60,820 nt of DNA from Acidimicrobiia bacterium (GCA_009694435.1 SHUY01000002.1:1-60820); one strand, 5' to 3'. Positions 8,650-18,685 are shown, counted from the stretch's first letter. Notes: generated from the sequence alone by a model not told the origin. Made by a program: numbers and translations.

Positions 8650-10008
8650 ATGCGTAGTGATTCGGACCTGGTTAGCGCCGCGAGTGCGGGCGACCAAAGT
8701 GCTTTGGCCGAAATATACGATCGCTACGCCGATCGAATTCATGATTTTTGCCACTCCATGTTGCGAGACCGACACGAAGCGGCCGACGCCATGCAAGACA
8801 CCTTCGTTTTGGCCGTTTCCCGCTTGGACCAATTACGGGACCCGAAAAAACTGCGCCCGTGGCTGTTCGCGATTGCCCGCAACGAAGTGCTGCGCAAGAG
8901 TCGGCAGCGTCAGCGAGTGGTACCCACCGAAGACGCCGGAGACGACATCGCCGCTGACGACCCGACTCCCGAGGGCGCAGTGAGCAGCAAAGAAGCACAC
9001 ACCATTGTCTGGGAAGCCGCAGCCGGACTATCTGAGCGCGACCAAGTCCTCTTAAGTTTGAATTTGCGCCAAGGCTTGGAGGGGCAAGAATTAGCCGACG
9101 CTATCGGCACTACTGCTAATAATGCCTACGTTCTCGTGCACCGCTTACGCGAGCAACTAGAACGATCCATCGGGGCATTGCTAGTTGCTCGCCAAGGGCG
9201 GGCGGATTGCGATGAACTTCAAGAACTGTTGGCTAAATGGGACGGGACTTTCACTCCCGTATGGCGAAAGCGGGTGGCTCGTCATGTTGACGATTGCGGA
9301 GTTTGTTCAGAAAAACGCCGGGTACTAACGAGTCCGCTCTCGTTGCTCAGTGCATCGGCCTTGGTGAGCGCTCCCGCCGAACTGCGCGATTCGACCTTGG
9401 CCGCTATGGCTAATCCTCCCCGAGGAGCAATACCACAAGGATGGCGGGGGGCAAACACTCGCGGAGGATTTCCTCCCCCGCTTTATCCTCGCCGCCGGTG
9501 GTGGCTATTGGCAGGAGTAGCCGCGCTAACCGTTTTAGTGGTCGGGGGCGTGGCGATTAACTCTATAGACAACGAAACGGCGACCAAGCCCGAAAGAAAA
9601 ATAGTGGTAACCACTTCATCGGTAGTTACCACTACCACCACCACTACTACCACGCAAGTGCCTATAACGACTCGACCCCGCACTGCTACGGTGATCCCTG
9701 AGCCGCCTGATGTCCAAGGACCTACTCTGAGCGCGACGATGAGCCCTAACGGATGCTCAAACACCTTCGGCGGTAATTTTGTTTTGTCGGTGCAAGCCAG
9801 TGACCCCAGTGGTTTAATCACACCGCTCAGCCTGGCCACTACTAACTCTTCCTCTGCGCCAAGTTCGGTTGCGCCGGGGGCCACGGCGACTATTTCTTGG
9901 GCGGGAACAAACAAAACTATTACTTGGACTGTGGTTGCCCAAGACTTGTTGGGCAACCAAAGTTCAATCAGTGGATCGTTTTTAGCCCAGACCAGTCCGT
10001 GTCCGTAA
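8650..10008 (+). CDS. ECF sigma-70 family factor fused to a ZAS-like motif, one TM helix, a poly-Thr linker and an extracytoplasmic domain
   Basis: Region 2 (DTFVLAVSRLDQLRDPKKLRPWLFAIARNE) and region 4 (LSERDQVLL...NNAYVLVHRLREQL) are present. They are followed by HVDDCGVC (H-x3-C-x2-C), the TM helix WWLLAGVAALTVLVVGGVAI, a T9 run and a 120-aa C-terminal domain. TAGCCT at 8638-8643 sits 6 nt before the ATG. Confidence 0.8.
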   Translation: MRSDSDLVSAASAGDQSALAEIYDRYADRIHDFCHSMLRDRHEAADAMQDTFVLAVSRLDQLRDPKKLRPWLFAIARNEVLRKSRQRQRVVPTEDAGDDIAADDPTPEGAVSSKEAHTIVWEAAAGLSERDQVLLSLNLRQGLEGQELADAIGTTANNAYVLVHRLREQLERSIGALLVARQGRADCDELQELLAKWDGTFTPVWRKRVARHVDDCGVCSEKRRVLTSPLSLLSASALVSAPAELRDSTLAAMANPPRGAIPQGWRGANTRGGFPPPLYPRRRWWLLAGVAALTVLVVGGVAINSIDNETATKPERKIVVTTSSVVTTTTTTTTTQVPITTRPRTATVIPEPPDVQGPTLSATMSPNGCSNTFGGNFVLSVQASDPSGLITPLSLATTNSSSAPSSVAPGATATISWAGTNKTITWTVVAQDLLGNQSSISGSFLAQTSPCP

Positions 10009-10022
10009 TCAAGAAAATATTC

Positions 10023-10799
10023 ATGAGCGCCTTTAACTGGGGGCGCGAATTGCAACAGCGCTATAACGCAATTCACGGGTCGAGTTTGGCGGCAGCAATA
10101 ACGCTCTACGGGTTTCTTGCGCTCTTCGCTTTATTAATTCTCGCGGTGGCGATAATCGGTTTGATCGCGGGAGGTCAAAAAGGGTTCGCCAAAGAAGTCG
10201 TCGGTGATTTAGGGATTACCGGGTCGTCCGCTAACTCGATTAGCAAAACCATTCAAACTGCCCAAACCAGTCATCGACTCGGAACGATAATAGGAGTGCT
10301 GGGAATTTTATGGCTGGGTTCTAGTTTTGCCCTGGCGATCACGCACGCCTTCAACGCCGCTTGGGGTATTACTGGTCTAGGAATGATCTCGCGCGGGCGA
10401 GGGCTCTTATGGCTCGCGGGATTTTCTGCTCTCGCGCTAGGGGAATTATTGTTCTCTTCCCTCTGGTCGCTACTACCAGATTTCTTGTCGCCTCTGTCCG
10501 TACTGCTCGGCCTGGTGGTGAATAGTGCTCTGTGGTTTTGGACTTCGTGGATACTCCCGCGCCGAAAAGTTCCGTGGCGGGTCGTCTTAGTCCCCTCGGT
10601 GATCGCCGCCGCTCTATTTGAAATACTTAAATTTATCGGCAGTTTCGTAGTTCCCCGCTTAGTAAGTAGCTCGTCTGAACTCTACGGAAGCTTAGGATTA
10701 GTTTTTGCCTTGCTCGCGTGGCTACTGATCATAGGTCGGCTAATTGTTTATTTGGCTGTCGTCGAGGCGTGGCGAGGAGAAAAAGGGGTCTCGGCCTAA
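10023..10799 (+). CDS. YihY/BrkB family membrane protein
   Basis: Multi-pass membrane protein with a YihY-like N-terminus (SLAAAITLYGFLALFALL). The ATG at 10023 avoids overlap with the sigma gene; the ORF track start is 9897. Confidence 0.6.
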   Translation: MSAFNWGRELQQRYNAIHGSSLAAAITLYGFLALFALLILAVAIIGLIAGGQKGFAKEVVGDLGITGSSANSISKTIQTAQTSHRLGTIIGVLGILWLGSSFALAITHAFNAAWGITGLGMISRGRGLLWLAGFSALALGELLFSSLWSLLPDFLSPLSVLLGLVVNSALWFWTSWILPRRKVPWRVVLVPSVIAAALFEILKFIGSFVVPRLVSSSSELYGSLGLVFALLAWLLIIGRLIVYLAVVEAWRGEKGVSA

Positions 10800-11435
10800 T
10801 TAGGGTTGCAAGCGCACGATTTCCCAAACAAAAGAAGAATTTTTGCGGTATACCAAACGATCGTGCAGTCGGTCGTCGCGGTGCACCCAAAACTCCACTT
10901 CGTTGGGAATAATTAAATACCCGCCCCAAAACTCAGGAAGGGGAATGTCGTCGTGATCGCCAAACCGCTCACGAACTTTTTCGACTTCAGCCTCTAAAGT
11001 CTCTCGGTCTACTACTGGAGTTGACTGGTGTGAAGCCCAAGCCGAAAGCTGACTTTCTCGGGGCCGGCGGCTCCAGTAATCGACTGATTGTTCGGAAGAT
11101 AGTTTCACTACCGACCCGGTTGCACGAATTTGGCGTTGTTGTTCGCGCCAATAAATAACTATTGCCGCCGCCGGATTAGCCGCGAGTTCGATGGCCTTGC
11201 GGGAGGTGTAGTTAGAGTAAAACCGAAACCCGTCTTTGGATACCCCCCGCAGCAGAACCATACGGGCCGAAGGGGCCCCCGCTTGGTCGGCGGTCGCGAC
11301 CATCATTGAATCCCACTCCCCCACTTGGGCTACTTTGGCTTCATCGATCCAGCGCTCCACTTGCTCCATGGGGCTAGGAGCAAAATCACTAACAGAAATA
11401 AGAGCCATGAGCGCAGGGTACCGTGGGATGACCAA
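10800..11435 (-). CDS. pdxH: pyridoxamine 5'-phosphate oxidase
   Basis: C-terminal EFWVHRDDRLHDRLVY signature plus an FMN-binding split-barrel pattern. An alternative start lies at 11408. Confidence 0.85.
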   Translation of the reverse strand: MVIPRYPALMALISVSDFAPSPMEQVERWIDEAKVAQVGEWDSMMVATADQAGAPSARMVLLRGVSKDGFRFYSNYTSRKAIELAANPAAAIVIYWREQQRQIRATGSVVKLSSEQSVDYWSRRPRESQLSAWASHQSTPVVDRETLEAEVEKVRERFGDHDDIPLPEFWGGYLIIPNEVEFWVHRDDRLHDRLVYRKNSSFVWEIVRLQP

Positions 11436-11458
11436 TAATCACGAGCAGGAGTACGTAC

Positions 11459-11989
11459 ATGGCTTTTCATCACGTCGCCATTGCCACCCGAGACCTTGAC
11501 GCGACCCACCATTTTTATACTGAGGTGATGGGTTTTACTTTGGTCAAAGTTGAAGCCGGAGCTGCTCCGGAGGGGGGCTGGGCCCGACATCTTTTTTACG
11601 ACACCGGCAACGGTGAGTGCTTGGCGATTTGGGATATCAATGACGATCCGGCTGTCCCCGCGCAGTTCGAAACTTCTATTAGTCGAGGCTTGGGCTTACC
11701 TTCGTGGACTAATCACATCGCCTTTAACGCGCCCGACTTGGCCGACCTCGATGGGGCCCAACAGCGCTGGCTCGACCAGGGCTATCCGGTACTACGCGTA
11801 AATCACGGCTGGTGTACATCGATTTATATTGACGACCCCAACGGGATTGCCGTTGAGTTCTGTTGTACTACTCAAGTTTTTACCGATGACGATCGAGAAC
11901 TAGCCGAGCAGCTACGCGTCGCCGATCAACCACCCCTGAGCGACCCTCCTATTCCGGAAATAATTATGCCCGCCAGTTTGTCCAACTAA
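11459..11989 (+). CDS. VOC (glyoxalase/bleomycin-resistance/dioxygenase) family protein
   Basis: N-terminus [31 protein letters not shown] upstream. Confidence 0.7.
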   Translation: MAFHHVAIATRDLDATHHFYTEVMGFTLVKVEAGAAPEGGWARHLFYDTGNGECLAIWDINDDPAVPAQFETSISRGLGLPSWTNHIAFNAPDLADLDGAQQRWLDQGYPVLRVNHGWCTSIYIDDPNGIAVEFCCTTQVFTDDDRELAEQLRVADQPPLSDPPIPEIIMPASLSN

Positions 11990-12012
11990 CCCAACCAGTA
12001 GGTGATTTGAAA

Positions 12013-13227
12013 ATGGATTTTTCTCTTAGCCCTCGAGCCGAAGAATATCGCGACCGTTTAGCGGCATTTATCGCCGAGGTCGTAAACCCAGCCGAAGAAA
12101 TTTACGCGCAACAAGTAAAAGAGATCGGCGACCCGCATGCTTCGCCACCGATAATGAACGAATTGAAAACCCAGGCCCGCGCCCGCGGGTTATGGAATCT
12201 TTTTCTTCCTGATTCTGAGCACGGAGCGGGGCTAACCAATACCGAGTACGCCCCGCTTTGCGAACTTATGGGACGCAGTCTGCTCGCGAGCGAAGCCACC
12301 AACTGCTCGGCTCCCGACACTGGAAATATGGAAATCCTCCACCAGTTCGGAACTCCACTACAGCGCGAACAGTTTCTTGACCCTTTGCTAAACGGAGAAA
12401 TTCGCTCTTGTTTTGCCATGACCGAGCCGTGGGTGGCCAGTAGTGACGCCACTAATATCGCCAGCACTATTGAACGAGATGGCGACCACTACCTAATCAA
12501 TGCCCATAAGTGGTGGACTAGTGGGGCTGCTTCGCCCAACTGTCGCTTCGCAATCTTGATGGGTGTATCTGACCCCAACGCCGACTCGCATCGTCGGCAC
12601 TCGATGATTTTGGTGCCGTTTGATACTCCGGGCTTTAGCATCGTGCGCACACTTCCAGTGTTTGGCCATGACGCGGGTGGGGGGCACTGCGAAACGTTGT
12701 TCGAAAATGTTCGAGTACCCGCGCAATATCTTCTGGGTGAAGAAGGCGGTGGATTCGCCATCGCCCAAGCTCGCCTCGGGCCAGGAAGAATTCATCACTG
12801 TATGCGGGCAATAGGGGCGGCGGAACGAGCGCTTGAACTTATGTGTGCTCGCGCCCAGCAGCGCGTGGCGTTTGGTAAACCATTAGCCGACCAGGGTGCT
12901 GTGCAGCGCGATATTGCTGAGTGCCGTATTGAAATAGAGCAGGCTCGGCTGCTTACCATGAAAGCCGCTTGGCTAATGGACACCGTGGGGGTAAAAGGAG
13001 CCCGGATAGAAATTTCGGCCATCAAAGTAGTAGCCGCCCGAGTTGCTACTGCAGTAATTGATCGGGCGATTCAACTCTTTGGTGGCGCGGGAGTATCAGA
13101 CGATTGGCCGTTAGCGCAAATGTGGACTTACGTGCGTACCGTTCGCTTAGTTGATGGCCCCGACGATGTTCATCTGATGCAAATTGCTCGACGGGAGTTG
13201 CGGCCTTACGAAGGCTTTCGCGTTTAA
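12013..13227 (+). CDS. acyl-CoA dehydrogenase
   Basis: About 405 aa, with CFAMTEP...SSDATN and C-terminal QLFGGAG motifs typical of the ACAD family. Confidence 0.85.
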   Translation: MDFSLSPRAEEYRDRLAAFIAEVVNPAEEIYAQQVKEIGDPHASPPIMNELKTQARARGLWNLFLPDSEHGAGLTNTEYAPLCELMGRSLLASEATNCSAPDTGNMEILHQFGTPLQREQFLDPLLNGEIRSCFAMTEPWVASSDATNIASTIERDGDHYLINAHKWWTSGAASPNCRFAILMGVSDPNADSHRRHSMILVPFDTPGFSIVRTLPVFGHDAGGGHCETLFENVRVPAQYLLGEEGGGFAIAQARLGPGRIHHCMRAIGAAERALELMCARAQQRVAFGKPLADQGAVQRDIAECRIEIEQARLLTMKAAWLMDTVGVKGARIEISAIKVVAARVATAVIDRAIQLFGGAGVSDDWPLAQMWTYVRTVRLVDGPDDVHLMQIARRELRPYEGFRV

Positions 13228-14108
13228 GTTTCTTCGTGCGTAGAACCGTGGGTGACTAAAGGCGATTGCGCTAACGCCACCGTCCCTAGCACCGCCGCCG
13301 CGATAGCCACCAAGACAACTATCCACTCGAGCGCCCCTTGAGCACCGATGGTTTCTCCGAATAGCACTACCCCCAAAAACGCGCTCAAGGCGGGGTTGGC
13401 TACCGCAATTACTGGGAGCGAAGCGGCGACGTGGCCGGCTTGGAACGCGCTCTGGTTGACGATTAATCCGATGATCGAAACCGCCACCAATACGTAGAGT
13501 TGCCAATGAGTAAATACTTCGACTATTCCTCCGTCCAAAAGATCGACGGTTGACTTGGTGAGTACGGCAGTGAATCCATAGATTGTTCCGGTCGCCAGCC
13601 CAAACCAAAACGCCCGGCGGTTAGGGGGGACACTCGGCCGGCGTCCCCAAAGTAAAGCCAGAGAAACCAGCGCCGCTACTGCCACCCCGGTGGCGACCCA
13701 ACCTAAGACGGGGGCGCTTGAGTTGTTGCCGGTGGGATTACCCACAATCAAAAATGTCGCCAGCCCAATAGTCACCATAAGAGCGGGGATTATTTCACGG
13801 CGCCCGATGCGTTGTTTTTCAACAAATGCCGCCAGAGGCACCGAAAACAACAAACCGCTGACCATTAGCGGTCCGACTAAAAGAAGCGAGCCAAACCCTA
13901 AAGCCAGCGCCTCAAAAAGATAGGCCCCAACATCGATTAGAACTCCCAGTAACCAGAGGGGTTTTTTGGCCAAAGTCTTAATGAGTCGAAACGACAAAGA
14001 CAATTCGGGTGATTGCTGAAAGGCGATTCTCTGTTGAGTAACAGAAGCGATAGCGTAAAAAAGCCCAGCCGTTAGAGCAAAGATGACCGCTAAAATCGTA
14101 TTAGACAT
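13224..14108 (-). CDS. DMT-superfamily-like multi-pass membrane transporter
   Basis: 294 aa with about 9-10 hydrophobic helices. It is the last gene of an overlapping three-gene operon. Confidence 0.55.
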   Translation of the reverse strand: MSNTILAVIFALTAGLFYAIASVTQQRIAFQQSPELSLSFRLIKTLAKKPLWLLGVLIDVGAYLFEALALGFGSLLLVGPLMVSGLLFSVPLAAFVEKQRIGRREIIPALMVTIGLATFLIVGNPTGNNSSAPVLGWVATGVAVAALVSLALLWGRRPSVPPNRRAFWFGLATGTIYGFTAVLTKSTVDLLDGGIVEVFTHWQLYVLVAVSIIGLIVNQSAFQAGHVAASLPVIAVANPALSAFLGVVLFGETIGAQGALEWIVVLVAIAAAVLGTVALAQSPLVTHGSTHEET

Positions 14109-14844
14109 TTTTTTCTGAACTAATTCCGTGGTCGCGTAATGGGCCCACGGTTAGACCTCGGGTCGTTATCTCTTGACTAATGAGCGGGAGTGAGCCCAAG
14201 GTATTACGCCAAGAGTCTTGGTAAGATTCTCCGTCGGTGTCGTGTAACAAAATCGTTCCCCCGTCGAGGTAGCGCTTAACGACATCGTCTCTTATCGATT
14301 CGGGAGTGGCTTCTTTGCGCCAGTCTCGCCCCCACGCCGTCCAGAGAACAGTACGAAGTCCGACTTGTTTGGCTTTGCGTAAAGCGGTCCCGGAAAGAAT
14401 TCCAAAGGGAGGGCGAAACCACATAGGAACCGCGCCAGAAAGATCAGTCAACGTATCGAGTGCGCGCTGAATGTCGTCGCGCACCGCTTGAGGTCGGCGG
14501 CGCAAAACATTCAGATGCTCATCTCCGTGTACTGCTATTTCGTGGCCCGCGGCCGCTATTTCGCCCACCAAGCCCGGGGCGAGTCGGGCTTTGGTTCCGA
14601 GCATAAAAAATGTGGCCTTCCAGCCCAGATCGTCAAGGGCGGAGAGGATGGCGGGAGTAGAAGCCGGGTCGGGGCCGTCGTCAAAGGTAAGCGCCACATG
14701 GCCAGCCCGCCCGCGACCGACCAGATTGGGAGTTAGCCGGTAGCCGATGGGGGAAACCCCCGCCAAAGCGGGACCCGCATGGAAAGCGGTCAACCCCGCC
14801 GCGCCCACGACCACTACCCCACCGACCACTATCGGAGCAATCAC
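14101..14844 (-). CDS. polysaccharide deacetylase (NodB homology domain) with N-terminal membrane anchor
   Basis: TFDDGPDP and HGDEH motifs. It overlaps the upstream gene by 4 nt and the downstream gene by 8 nt. Confidence 0.8.
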   Translation of the reverse strand: MIAPIVVGGVVVVGAAGLTAFHAGPALAGVSPIGYRLTPNLVGRGRAGHVALTFDDGPDPASTPAILSALDDLGWKATFFMLGTKARLAPGLVGEIAAAGHEIAVHGDEHLNVLRRRPQAVRDDIQRALDTLTDLSGAVPMWFRPPFGILSGTALRKAKQVGLRTVLWTAWGRDWRKEATPESIRDDVVKRYLDGGTILLHDTDGESYQDSWRNTLGSLPLISQEITTRGLTVGPLRDHGISSEKNV

Positions 14845-16619
14845 CGCAACTGCCCTAGGGGCTGGATCTGTAGTCCTTTAGTTTGCGCTTGCTGGTAAAA
14901 CTTTTCCAGACTCGCCTTCACCGCGGTGGCCGATTTTTTACGAGCGTCAAGTAAATAAATTTTCCGGTCACTCAAAGTAGGAACTGTGGGCGGTAAAAAC
15001 TTATTATCGGCCCGCACTAACTTTGATTTAATTTTACCAGTACGGCAATAAAACTCATCGAAGGCATCGATACTCCGACCAGGCATAAAAACTTTGGGGG
15101 ACAAACCGCTAGCCTTGGCAAGGGCAAGAGAAGCGGTGTCGCAGTCGTCACGCGACCGGTTCCACCGCAAGGTGCGGCTCACACCCATGCCGCCGTTAAC
15201 GATATCAAAATTAGAATCCGTTAGCTGGTGTAAAATTTTGTGCGAATTACGAGCCACTTTCGCATCAACAATCACACTCGCGTTAATTTTATGGATCGCG
15301 TTGTCTAACGCCCAGTTATTAAGTTCGCGTTGATCGACCCGCACTCCAAGGTAGACCGTGTTAGTGACCCCTTTAGGCGCTTTAGCCACTCCCACGCCTA
15401 GAGCAGCAACTCCGTGGACTCCAATAGTTAAAACTGCATAAAGGATCACCAACACTGCTGCTGCCGACCCGAGTCGCCGCATCCCGCGCGGCGAATCAAA
15501 AGGGGCCATCAGGGCCGCTGAGTCAGTAGCGCTCGCAAGTTCCTCCACCGATTCGGCGGGGTCACTCACAAACAGCGCGTGTCCGGCGGCGATCATTTCG
15601 TCGCGCTTCGAGCCTGGAGTTGTGGTGTCAGCCAATGCATCGGCCAATTCGGCCTTGTTGTTTACTCGACGCGTGACTCCGGCTTGAGCCATAACTCGGG
15701 CATTATCTTTCCCGTGGCCGGCGATTGATTGATAAGAAATGACGGGCAAACCCGAAGCGAAGGCCTCCATAGCCGATAACCCGCCGGCATTTTCGACCAG
15801 AGCATCGCTGGCGGCCATTAGCGAAGGCATTTCTTCAGTCCAACCCAAAATTGTTCCGGAAAAACTTTCGGCCAATAAATTGGCTCGTAAATTTTCGTCT
15901 TGGCCGCAGACCACAATCGGGTGATACTCCGGTCCACACCCAGCTATTGCTTGGGTTGTGCTCTTGAGGTCGCCTACCCCCCAAGACCCCGCAACAACCA
16001 ACACCGCTCGCGTGTGGAGTTCAATGCCTAAACGGCGACGGGTATCGTCACGCGTTACGTAAGAGAAATTAAATCGTTCGGGAACCAACGGGCCGGTAGC
16101 CACGCTGGCATGGCTGCCACGTTGATTGGCGCGCGTGGCCGATTCGGGACTAACCGCGAGATGGAGATCAACCCCGGGGTGCACCCAAAGCGAGTGAACG
16201 GCAAAGTCGGTAAGAAAAGTAGCGACGGGTACTTTTAGCCAGTGCTTAGCGCGCATACGCCCAAGGACTAATGAAGCCAGCGGGTAAGTAGAGACAATGG
16301 CATCGGGGCGAGTCTGAAGGAGAACGCGGCGAATCGGGCGTCGGGTTAATAGCCCCATCGCCCAAACTACTGGCGCCCACAAAAATGCCCCGCCGCGACT
16401 GAAGGCCTGGTAAGTCAGGTCGTAAGTCCAGGCGAAGTGTCGGAGTTGGAACTTGTAACTCCAGCGAACTACTCCCCCGAGGCGAAACGGGATCATCTCC
16501 ATGTAATCGACTATCTCGGCTGAGTTCCCTTGCGCGATAAGTCGAGCGGACAATTCTTTAGCCGCTCCGTCGTGACCGGCGCCCATCGACGCGGAAACAA
16601 TCAAGATTTTGCGAGCCAT
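14841..16619 (-). CDS. GT28 (MGDG-synthase/MurG-like) glycosyltransferase fused to a TM segment and a ~190-aa extracytoplasmic domain
   Basis: N-terminus KILIVSASMGAGHDGAAKEL is typical of diacylglycerol glycosyltransferases. The TM segment is AAAVLVILYAVLTIGVHGVAALGVGVA. The C-terminal domain has a NodB-like layout but lacks TFDDG. Confidence 0.7.
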   Translation of the reverse strand: MARKILIVSASMGAGHDGAAKELSARLIAQGNSAEIVDYMEMIPFRLGGVVRWSYKFQLRHFAWTYDLTYQAFSRGGAFLWAPVVWAMGLLTRRPIRRVLLQTRPDAIVSTYPLASLVLGRMRAKHWLKVPVATFLTDFAVHSLWVHPGVDLHLAVSPESATRANQRGSHASVATGPLVPERFNFSYVTRDDTRRRLGIELHTRAVLVVAGSWGVGDLKSTTQAIAGCGPEYHPIVVCGQDENLRANLLAESFSGTILGWTEEMPSLMAASDALVENAGGLSAMEAFASGLPVISYQSIAGHGKDNARVMAQAGVTRRVNNKAELADALADTTTPGSKRDEMIAAGHALFVSDPAESVEELASATDSAALMAPFDSPRGMRRLGSAAAVLVILYAVLTIGVHGVAALGVGVAKAPKGVTNTVYLGVRVDQRELNNWALDNAIHKINASVIVDAKVARNSHKILHQLTDSNFDIVNGGMGVSRTLRWNRSRDDCDTASLALAKASGLSPKVFMPGRSIDAFDEFYCRTGKIKSKLVRADNKFLPPTVPTLSDRKIYLLDARKKSATAVKASLEKFYQQAQTKGLQIQPLGQLR

Positions 16620-16947
16620 AAACCCTTACGCTACTTGACCCAAGAAGACCTGAAGGGAGACAAGGGCGAGAGGGGGGCCTTGGGTCGTTCTCGTGCCGAG
16701 TCGTACGATTAAAGACGGGCAACGTCCCCAGTGGCCCAGACGAGTTACCCGACTTGCGGGAGATATCTGAAGGATTAACCGCAGGTTTGAGCCAGTTGTT
16801 GGCTGAGACCACCTGAACGACAAAGGTTTGGTCTGGCGCGGCTCGCCAATCGCTGAGCGTGTCTGTCCTCGCCGACACCAGCAACTACGGTGGCGATGTG
16901 CCATTATCAGGCGATAAACACCGCCAATAAAATTGAAAGGGGAAACT

Positions 16948-17121
16948 ATGGCAAGTAAACGCCCGGCCAAGAAAACGACCAAGAAGGCTCCGGCCCGTAA
17001 AGCAGCCAAGAAGGCTCCGGCGAAGAGACGCCCGGCCAAGAAAACATCTTCGGTAAAGATTGCTCCCTCGGCGGTGGCTGATACCCGCTCGTGGTGGGAT
17101 CGACTCATTGGCAAGCCCTAA
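16948..17121 (+). CDS. small Lys/Ala/Pro-rich basic protein (histone-H1-like tail repeats)
   Basis: 57 aa: MASKRPAKKTTKKAPARKAAKKAPAKRRPAKK... ATG preceded by an AAAGGGGA SD. The long antisense ORF on the other strand looks spurious. Confidence 0.55.
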   Translation: MASKRPAKKTTKKAPARKAAKKAPAKRRPAKKTSSVKIAPSAVADTRSWWDRLIGKP

Positions 17122-17139
17122 TCAAGATAGCGTTGCGGC

Positions 17140-17793
17140 GTGAGTTGGATGAACAAAAAATCCGAAATGGTGGACGCGACTAAAGCGTTGCCGGGACGAT
17201 CTTCTTCAATGCCCGTTCCCGAGCACCACGATGTGTTGGGTTCACCGTTAACCGGACCCTTCGCACCCAACTTGGCTCGAGCCGAATTTGCGCTGGGGTG
17301 CTTTTGGGGCGCCGAGCGATTATTTTGGACTATTGCCGGAGTAACAACCACCGCGGTGGGTTACGCGGGAGGATTTACCGAAAACCCCACCTACGAAGAA
17401 GTCTGCTCGGGACGAACTGGCCACACTGAAACTGTGCTCGTCATTTTTGATCCCGAAATCTGCCCCTACGAAAATCTACTTAAGGTTTTTTGGGAGTCCC
17501 ACAACCCAACTCAAGGAATGCGTCAGGGCAACGACACCGGAACCCAGTACCGGTCAGCGATATTTACCACCACGCCCGAACAAGCCCAGCAAGCCCAGCA
17601 GTCGGCCCAGGCTTTTCAAGCAATGCTCACTGCTGCAAGTCTCGGGACTATTACCACCGAGATCGCTCCGGCCGGAAAGTTTTACTACGCCGAGCCTTAC
17701 CACCAGCAGTATCTCGACAAAAATCCCGGCGGCTACTGCGGCCTGGCCGGAACCGGGGTTACTTGTGCAATCGGGAACTTTATCCCCGAGTAA
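17140..17793 (+). CDS. msrA: peptide-methionine (S)-S-oxide reductase
   Basis: GCFWGAE catalytic motif. TAGCGT at 17128-17133 sits 6 nt before the GTG. Confidence 0.9.
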   Translation: MSWMNKKSEMVDATKALPGRSSSMPVPEHHDVLGSPLTGPFAPNLARAEFALGCFWGAERLFWTIAGVTTTAVGYAGGFTENPTYEEVCSGRTGHTETVLVIFDPEICPYENLLKVFWESHNPTQGMRQGNDTGTQYRSAIFTTTPEQAQQAQQSAQAFQAMLTAASLGTITTEIAPAGKFYYAEPYHQQYLDKNPGGYCGLAGTGVTCAIGNFIPE

Positions 17794-17826
17794 TAAAACC
17801 GACCCCTAATAGAACCAGGACCCCTA

Positions 17827-18606
17827 ATGGCTGACACTCCAGCAGTACTCCAGCGTTCACGGCAAGGCCGAGCAGAAATACTGTGCCTTAATCGCTCCGA
17901 CGCTCGCAACGCAATGAATCCTGAGTTGTCCTTAGCCATAGAAAATGCTCTTGACGACATCGAAAACGATAACGAAGTCGCCGTAGTAATTGTTACTGGT
18001 TCGGGCCCAGTATTTTGTGCGGGCGCAGACCTTAAAGTTGTTGCCCGGGGAGAAGGTTTGGCAATCAACGCTCCCAAAGGTGGGTTCGGTGGTTTAGTGC
18101 AGCGTGATTTTCCTAAACCAATTATCGCCGCGGTCAACGGACCGGCTTTAGCAGGTGGGTTCGAGTTAGTTTTGGCCTGCGACTTAGTAGTAGCTGCCAA
18201 AACCGCCACTTTCGGACTACCCGAAGCCAAGCGGGGTTTGCTGGCCGCGGCGGGAGGGCCCATTCGTCTCGCCCGTCGAGTTCCGCTCGCTACTGCTTTG
18301 GAGATCGTCATGACCGGCGACCCCATTACCGCCCAGCGAGCCCTTGAGTTGGGATTAGTCAACCGCTTAACCGACACGCCCGACCAAGTAGTAGCCGAAG
18401 CGGTGGCCCTAGCCGAACGCATCGGCGAAAACTCTCCGGCGGCGGTGCGGGCGGGCAGAAAACTCACGCGCGCGGCAGCCGAAGTGTCTGAGGGCGAGGC
18501 GTGGACGCTCAATGCGCAACTAGCGGCCGAAGTCTTTCGTAGCGGTGACGCCATAGAAGGGGCGACCGCCTTCGCCGAAAAGCGCCCTCCCGTTTGGAAT
18601 AGCTAA
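17827..18606 (+). CDS. enoyl-CoA hydratase/isomerase (crotonase) family protein
   Basis: 259 aa with VVIVTGSGPVFCAGADL and the GPALAGGFELVLACD oxyanion-hole motifs. Confidence 0.85.
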   Translation: MADTPAVLQRSRQGRAEILCLNRSDARNAMNPELSLAIENALDDIENDNEVAVVIVTGSGPVFCAGADLKVVARGEGLAINAPKGGFGGLVQRDFPKPIIAAVNGPALAGGFELVLACDLVVAAKTATFGLPEAKRGLLAAAGGPIRLARRVPLATALEIVMTGDPITAQRALELGLVNRLTDTPDQVVAEAVALAERIGENSPAAVRAGRKLTRAAAEVSEGEAWTLNAQLAAEVFRSGDAIEGATAFAEKRPPVWNS

Positions 18607-18659
18607 ATATCAGACCGAAAAAGGTTTATAAATAAAGGATTTTCAACAATACGACGCTG

Positions 18660-18673
18660 GGAGCGATCACTCC
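18660..18673. promoter_or_regulatory. candidate operator: 14-bp near-palindrome GGAGCGATCACTCC abutting a TAAGAT -10-like hexamer
   Basis: The segment 18657-18679 is nearly identical to 26483-26505. The hexamer at 18674-18679 lies 6 nt upstream of the GTG at 18686. Confidence 0.5.
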
Positions 18674-18685
18674 TAAGATTAGGTA

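Noticed and set aside
9631-9663. Short tandem ACC/ACT repeats (also at 54196-54262 and 54655-54722), considered as a possible CRISPR or other non-coding repeat array
   Set aside because: They lie inside ORFs, have 3-nt and 18-nt periodicity encoding poly-Thr, and have no spacers. They are not CRISPR.
16700-16760. GGCCACTGGGGACG on the minus strand, resembling a B12-box
   Set aside because: The context lacks the flanking conserved cobalamin-riboswitch helices, and the downstream gene (a glycosyltransferase) has no B12 link. I treated it as a chance match.
17801-17828. Direct repeat GACCCCTAAT x2 between msrA and the crotonase gene
   Set aside because: It is only 10 nt, occurs once in the window and has no dyad symmetry. 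It is plausibly chance or ribosome-binding-site context.
17733-18554. 273-aa minus-strand ORF
   Set aside because: It lies entirely antisense to the crotonase-family gene. It is a low-complexity Ala/Ser/Arg/Pro-rich translation with no motifs.
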